From the IMG/VR virus record IMGVR_UViG_3300045988_086891: a stretch of 17,046 bases of DNA, one strand, 5' to 3'. Source of the DNA: a virus. Below the pieces are notes generated by a model. The model made no database searches. It was not told the DNA's origin and saw only the letters and a list, made by a program, of their open reading frames with translations. Shown piece by piece: positions 14,452-17,046 of this stretch; positions within the stretch are counted from its first letter, which is position 1; each line of letters begins with the position of its first letter. The position numbers and the translations under genes are program-made.

Positions 14452-14490
14452 CCGCACTATTGAGTGTCGTATTGCCTAGCAATAGTGCGG
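14452..14490. promoter_or_regulatory. Perfect 11-bp inverted repeat ccgcactattg / caatagtgcgg with a 17-nt spacer
   Basis: Read directly from the sequence. GC-rich relative to its surroundings, with no U-tract on either strand, so it is not a canonical terminator. Confidence 0.6.
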
Positions 14491-14540
14491 TATCATAGTA
14501 TTAAAGCAAACGTTTTGTAAAAGATGTATTACCTCTTTAC

Positions 14541-14568
14541 ATATTATATAGTACAGTAGTAATGTAAA
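14541..14568 (-). promoter_or_regulatory. Candidate promoter (TTTACA -16 nt- TAATAT on the - strand) downstream of the iteron cluster
   Basis: -35 at 14563-14568 (plus-strand tgtaaa), -10 at 14541-14546. Weak call, and no ORF follows directly. Confidence 0.3.
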
Positions 14569-14617
14569 TGCAGTATGACTAATTTATTAACATTCTATGA
14601 ACTTTTTCGTATTTGAT

Positions 14618-14743
14618 TTTCTGTAATTTACGAAAATTTACGAAAACTTATGCAAATTATCCATAAATTTTATTCATCATTTTCTGTAATTTACGAAAAT
14701 TTACGAAAACTTATGCAAATTATCCATAAATTTTATTCATCAT
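14618..14743. repeat. Perfect tandem duplication, 2 x 63 bp
   Basis: tttctgtaatttacgaaaatttacgaaaacttatgcaaattatccataaattttattcatcat occurs at 14618-14680 and 14681-14743. Each copy holds the last 7 codons plus stop of the 82-aa gene and two 10-bp-spaced tacgaaaa motifs. Confidence 0.95.
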
Positions 14744-14968
14744 TTTATGATAATAATACATGTAATTTATATTACATTGTTTCATAAATACCTTTTCATC
14801 ATAATCTATTCTATTTGCAAAATATAAATATTCTATTTTATACAATAATAAATTAAATAATTGTGATATTATTCTAATACTATTATCTTTACCAATTAAC
14901 ATTGTTTCAAATTGGTTATATTCTTTGCGAATTAATCGCTCTAAAAAATGTTTTCTTTTCTGCGTCAT
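14720..14968 (-). CDS. Hypothetical small protein (82 aa), tandem paralogue 2
   Basis: Homologous to 15008..15250 (KRKHxLERxIRxEYxxF...LLYxKxxYLY...DxEKxFMxxCNxxYxYYH). RBS aaaggag. Confidence 0.7.
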   Translation of the reverse strand: MTQKRKHFLERLIRKEYNQFETMLIGKDNSIRIISQLFNLLLYKIEYLYFANRIDYDEKVFMKQCNINYMYYYHKMMNKIYG

Positions 14969-15007
14969 ATTATAAAAAATCTCCTTTTTATTTTATGATA
15001 AAGTTTA

Positions 15008-15250
15008 TTAATATATTCTATCAATATAATTGTGATAATATAAATAATAAACATTATTACAATTTATCATAAAATTCTTTTCACCGTCAGATATACTACC
15101 AATATCGTATAAATACCATACTTTAAAGTATAATAAATTTGCAATATGCTGTAATATTATTAAACTTTTTCCTTTAGGATAACATAAAGTATTAAAAAGT
15201 GTATATTCAAAACGTATAATTCTCTCTAATTTATGCTTTCTCTTATTCAT
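15008..15250 (-). CDS. Hypothetical small protein (80 aa), tandem paralogue 1
   Basis: See 14720..14968. Its start overlaps the upstream stop (ATGA). Confidence 0.7.
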   Translation of the reverse strand: MNKRKHKLERIIRFEYTLFNTLCYPKGKSLIILQHIANLLYFKVWYLYDIGSISDGEKNFMINCNNVYYLYYHNYIDRIY

Positions 15251-15546
15251 ATCATAAAAAACCTCTTTTCAATTATTCTATGATAAAGCTTGACTATATT
15301 ATCAGCAATTTCCTTTGATGATATGCAACTTAACATATCATAATCAAGTGTATCAAGAAAAAATCTTTTTTCACCTAGTTCACGGGTTTTGACTATAACA
15401 TACCACATGCCCTCTATATTTGCGTAACCATAGAAAACTTTTGCTTTTACCTTTTTAGCAACTTTAGTTGCTATCTCTATGACAAAATCCTCATAAATCT
15501 CGTCAATCTCACTTTTCGACATTTTTCTGTTTTTTGTATTTAACAT
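15247..15546 (-). CDS. Hypothetical protein (99 aa from MLNTKNRKMSK...)
   Basis: ORF 15247..15576 in the track. The ATG at 15546 has RBS aagagg with an 8-nt spacer and removes the overlap with the upstream gene. Confidence 0.65.
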   Translation of the reverse strand: MLNTKNRKMSKSEIDEIYEDFVIEIATKVAKKVKAKVFYGYANIEGMWYVIVKTRELGEKRFFLDTLDYDMLSCISSKEIADNIVKLYHRIIEKRFFMI

Positions 15547-15562
15547 AATTTGTACCTCTTTT

Positions 15563-15763
15563 CTATTCTTCAACATCCACTTGTAACATATTCTCGTTTT
15601 CTACAACCTTAAAGGCCACCACTTTCATTTTCTTTAATTGGTTATTTGACATAATTTGTGACTTTCTGTATAGTTCGTATATGTCGTACTGCACATCATG
15701 CAAGCGAAAATTTGTGGTTTTGCTAAATTTAATAAGTGTACCTAGTTTTATATTGTTTGTCAT
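15563..15763 (-). CDS. Hypothetical protein (66 aa from MTNNIKLGT...)
   Basis: ORF 15563..15781 in the track. The first six codons spell the RBS aaagaggtgaaaca for the ATG at 15763. Confidence 0.65.
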   Translation of the reverse strand: MTNNIKLGTLIKFSKTTNFRLHDVQYDIYELYRKSQIMSNNQLKKMKVVAFKVVENENMLQVDVEE

Positions 15764-15803
15764 TGTTTCACCTCTTTTCATTGTTTACTATATTCAGTTG
15801 GAA

Positions 15804-15850
15804 AGCCTATGCGTGGACTTGCACCACGCTGTGCGCTTTATGCTTAGGCT
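15804..15850 (-). other. GC-rich nested stem-loop in the intergenic gap
   Basis: Inner hairpin gcgtgg-acttgca-ccacgc (15811-15829), outer pairing agccta/taggct (15804-15809 / 15845-15850). The outer stem includes the stop codon of the 64-aa ORF. No U-tract. Confidence 0.45.
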
Positions 15851-16038
15851 ATTAATATTAAAATTTCTGAAGAAATTCTAGTAGTTACACAAGACATAAC
15901 AACTTTTACAGAATAATCTAAATATTCTGTTGGAATATTACAAGCCATACCACTCCATAATATTTTTTGCGTTGTTTCATATTGCAATTCTACAAATTGT
16001 CCATCTAAAAATACTCGGTATAAATCTTCTAATATCAT
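15844..16038 (-). CDS. Hypothetical protein (64 aa), first gene inside the right ITR boundary
   Basis: ORF from the track. Its first 7 nt (ATGATAT) lie inside the ITR. Weak RBS (aaagag). Confidence 0.55.
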   Translation of the reverse strand: MILEDLYRVFLDGQFVELQYETTQKILWSGMACNIPTEYLDYSVKVVMSCVTTRISSEILILIA

Positions 16039-16039
16039 A

Positions 16040-16321
16040 TTATTTCAGCTCTTTTCTGTTTTCGTCAAGCTCTACAGCATATTCCAAAAAATCTTTTTCT
16101 GAAATACCATACAATTTTGATGTTTTCTCAGCGTTTACAAGTTTTAAGAATTTAGCACTATTGCTATAATCTATTGTAAACTGCTTTTCAATTTCTTTAT
16201 CGCTTAAATCACCAATATAAGACTCGTTTAAAGTTATAACCTCGTTAGTATCAAAGTTAAATGCCATAATGTCAGCGTTTGTAGTTACAATTGTACGTGT
16301 AATCATTTTTTCTTTTCTCAT
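16040..16321 (-). CDS. Putative p6-like dsDNA-binding protein, right ITR copy
   Basis: Translation identical to 726..1007. Confidence 0.7.
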   Translation of the reverse strand: MRKEKMITRTIVTTNADIMAFNFDTNEVITLNESYIGDLSDKEIEKQFTIDYSNSAKFLKLVNAEKTSKLYGISEKDFLEYAVELDENRKELK

Positions 16322-16423
16322 AGTTTTTGTCTCCGTTTCTTTTTTTTGTGCTTGTTTGATTGTTACTTGCTGATACTGCTATCAGCTATACAAGGAAGTC
16401 GGAGTTGCACCGACTCGACTATT

Positions 16424-16747
16424 TTAAATAGTCCAAAACTCTTGTCTTGTTTTTGTGATATATAACTGGCCTATAAATTTATCAGTTGAAGAATCATATA
16501 CATCTATTGATAATGTAAACATCATACAATTATAACTGTTTATTGTAAAATGCCTAAACGCATAATTTGCTTCATTCATATTAGCTATTTTATACCATTT
16601 CAGCCATTCGTTATAAATTTCGTGTTTTGTCCTACTAGGTTTATTATAACAATCACCTAAACCGCGCACTTCTCGAATAGGGTACAATTCACCCTTTACT
16701 TTTTTGACCTCAAAAATCTCATTATTCAAATTTATATATTGCTTCAT
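16424..16747 (-). CDS. Hypothetical protein, right ITR copy of 300..623
   Basis: Translation identical to the left copy, with the same start-codon reasoning. Confidence 0.6.
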   Translation of the reverse strand: MKQYINLNNEIFEVKKVKGELYPIREVRGLGDCYNKPSRTKHEIYNEWLKWYKIANMNEANYAFRHFTINSYNCMMFTLSIDVYDSSTDKFIGQLYITKTRQEFWTI

Positions 16748-16798
16748 ACTATATACCTTTGATACCCTCGTTGAGTACCCCTTTCCTTTATCTTTAAG

Positions 16799-16853
16799 TA
16801 CATTATATAGGCCAGTTGTGAACAGCGTATGACCAAAATGTAAACAAATTGTG
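16799..16853 (-). repeat. 55-nt element, internal copy in the right ITR
   Basis: Mirror of 194..248. Confidence 0.9.
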
Positions 16854-16869
16854 AACATTTTATATAGTA

Positions 16870-16991
16870 CTATGGTACTAAGTTAGACACAACTAACTTC
16901 GCGCACTCACTGTACCACGCTGACGTGCTAACACTGTACCACTGTGAAGTGCATGGGATGTACCAAAAATCTCGACTTTCGAAACGACCCC
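16870..16991 (-). repeat. 122-nt repeat unit A-prime (right ITR copy of unit A)
   Basis: Mirror of 56..177. Confidence 0.9.
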
Positions 16992-17046
16992 TACATTATA
17001 TAGGCCAGTTGTGAACAGCGTATGACCAAAATGTAAACAAATTGTG
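16992..17046 (-). repeat. 55-nt element, terminal copy in the right ITR
   Basis: Mirror of 1..55. Confidence 0.8.

Larger units (their letters stand above)
16032..17046. repeat. Right inverted terminal repeat (ITR), 1015 bp
   Basis: Mirror of 1..1015 (position p maps to 17047-p). The window ends exactly at the repeat end. Confidence 0.95.

Noticed and set aside
1-17046. Transposon, casposon or polinton-like element, or linear plasmid, as the explanation for long ITRs plus a PolB
   Set aside because: The interior is a complete phi29-type virion, packaging and lysis gene set. There is no integrase, transposase or Cas1, and the window stops exactly at the repeats with no host flanks or target-site duplication to examine.

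Overview
The window appears to be one complete 17,046-bp linear genome of a small phi29-like podovirus with protein-primed replication. It is AT-rich, and the host is probably a low-GC Firmicute or Clostridial bacterium (inference from a BhlA-type holin, an Amidase_5-like endolysin and base composition). The window starts and ends exactly on a perfect 1,015-bp inverted terminal repeat (ITR) that carries two genes. Layout: (1) the left ITR is transcribed inward on the + strand. (2) A late operon on the - strand (9170 down to 1248) runs holin, endolysin, virion lysozyme, scaffold, major capsid (Ig-like C-terminus), tail knob, portal, lower collar, beta-helix appendage/receptor-binding protein. 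(3) The phi29 gp16-like packaging ATPase sits alone on the + strand, fed by back-to-back divergent promoters, and ends at a bidirectional terminator. (4) An early/replication operon on the - strand runs from the right ITR through small unknown genes, a 587-bp regulatory gap, a p6-like DNA-binding protein, a putative SSB, a putative terminal protein and a family-B DNA polymerase. Structure not explained by genes, most interesting first: a GC-rich 122-nt repeat family, with one copy in each ITR at 56-177 nt from the end and 1.5 extra tandem copies only at the left end. It could be a structured packaging-type ncRNA or a protein-binding array. The terminal 55 nt are directly duplicated 193 nt inward. 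There are three p6-like genes, two of them in the ITRs. A TTTTCGTA iteron cluster sits with a perfect 63-bp tandem duplication. Several GC-rich hairpins lack U-tracts. All functional calls rest on motif recognition by eye and synteny with phi29. No searches were run.
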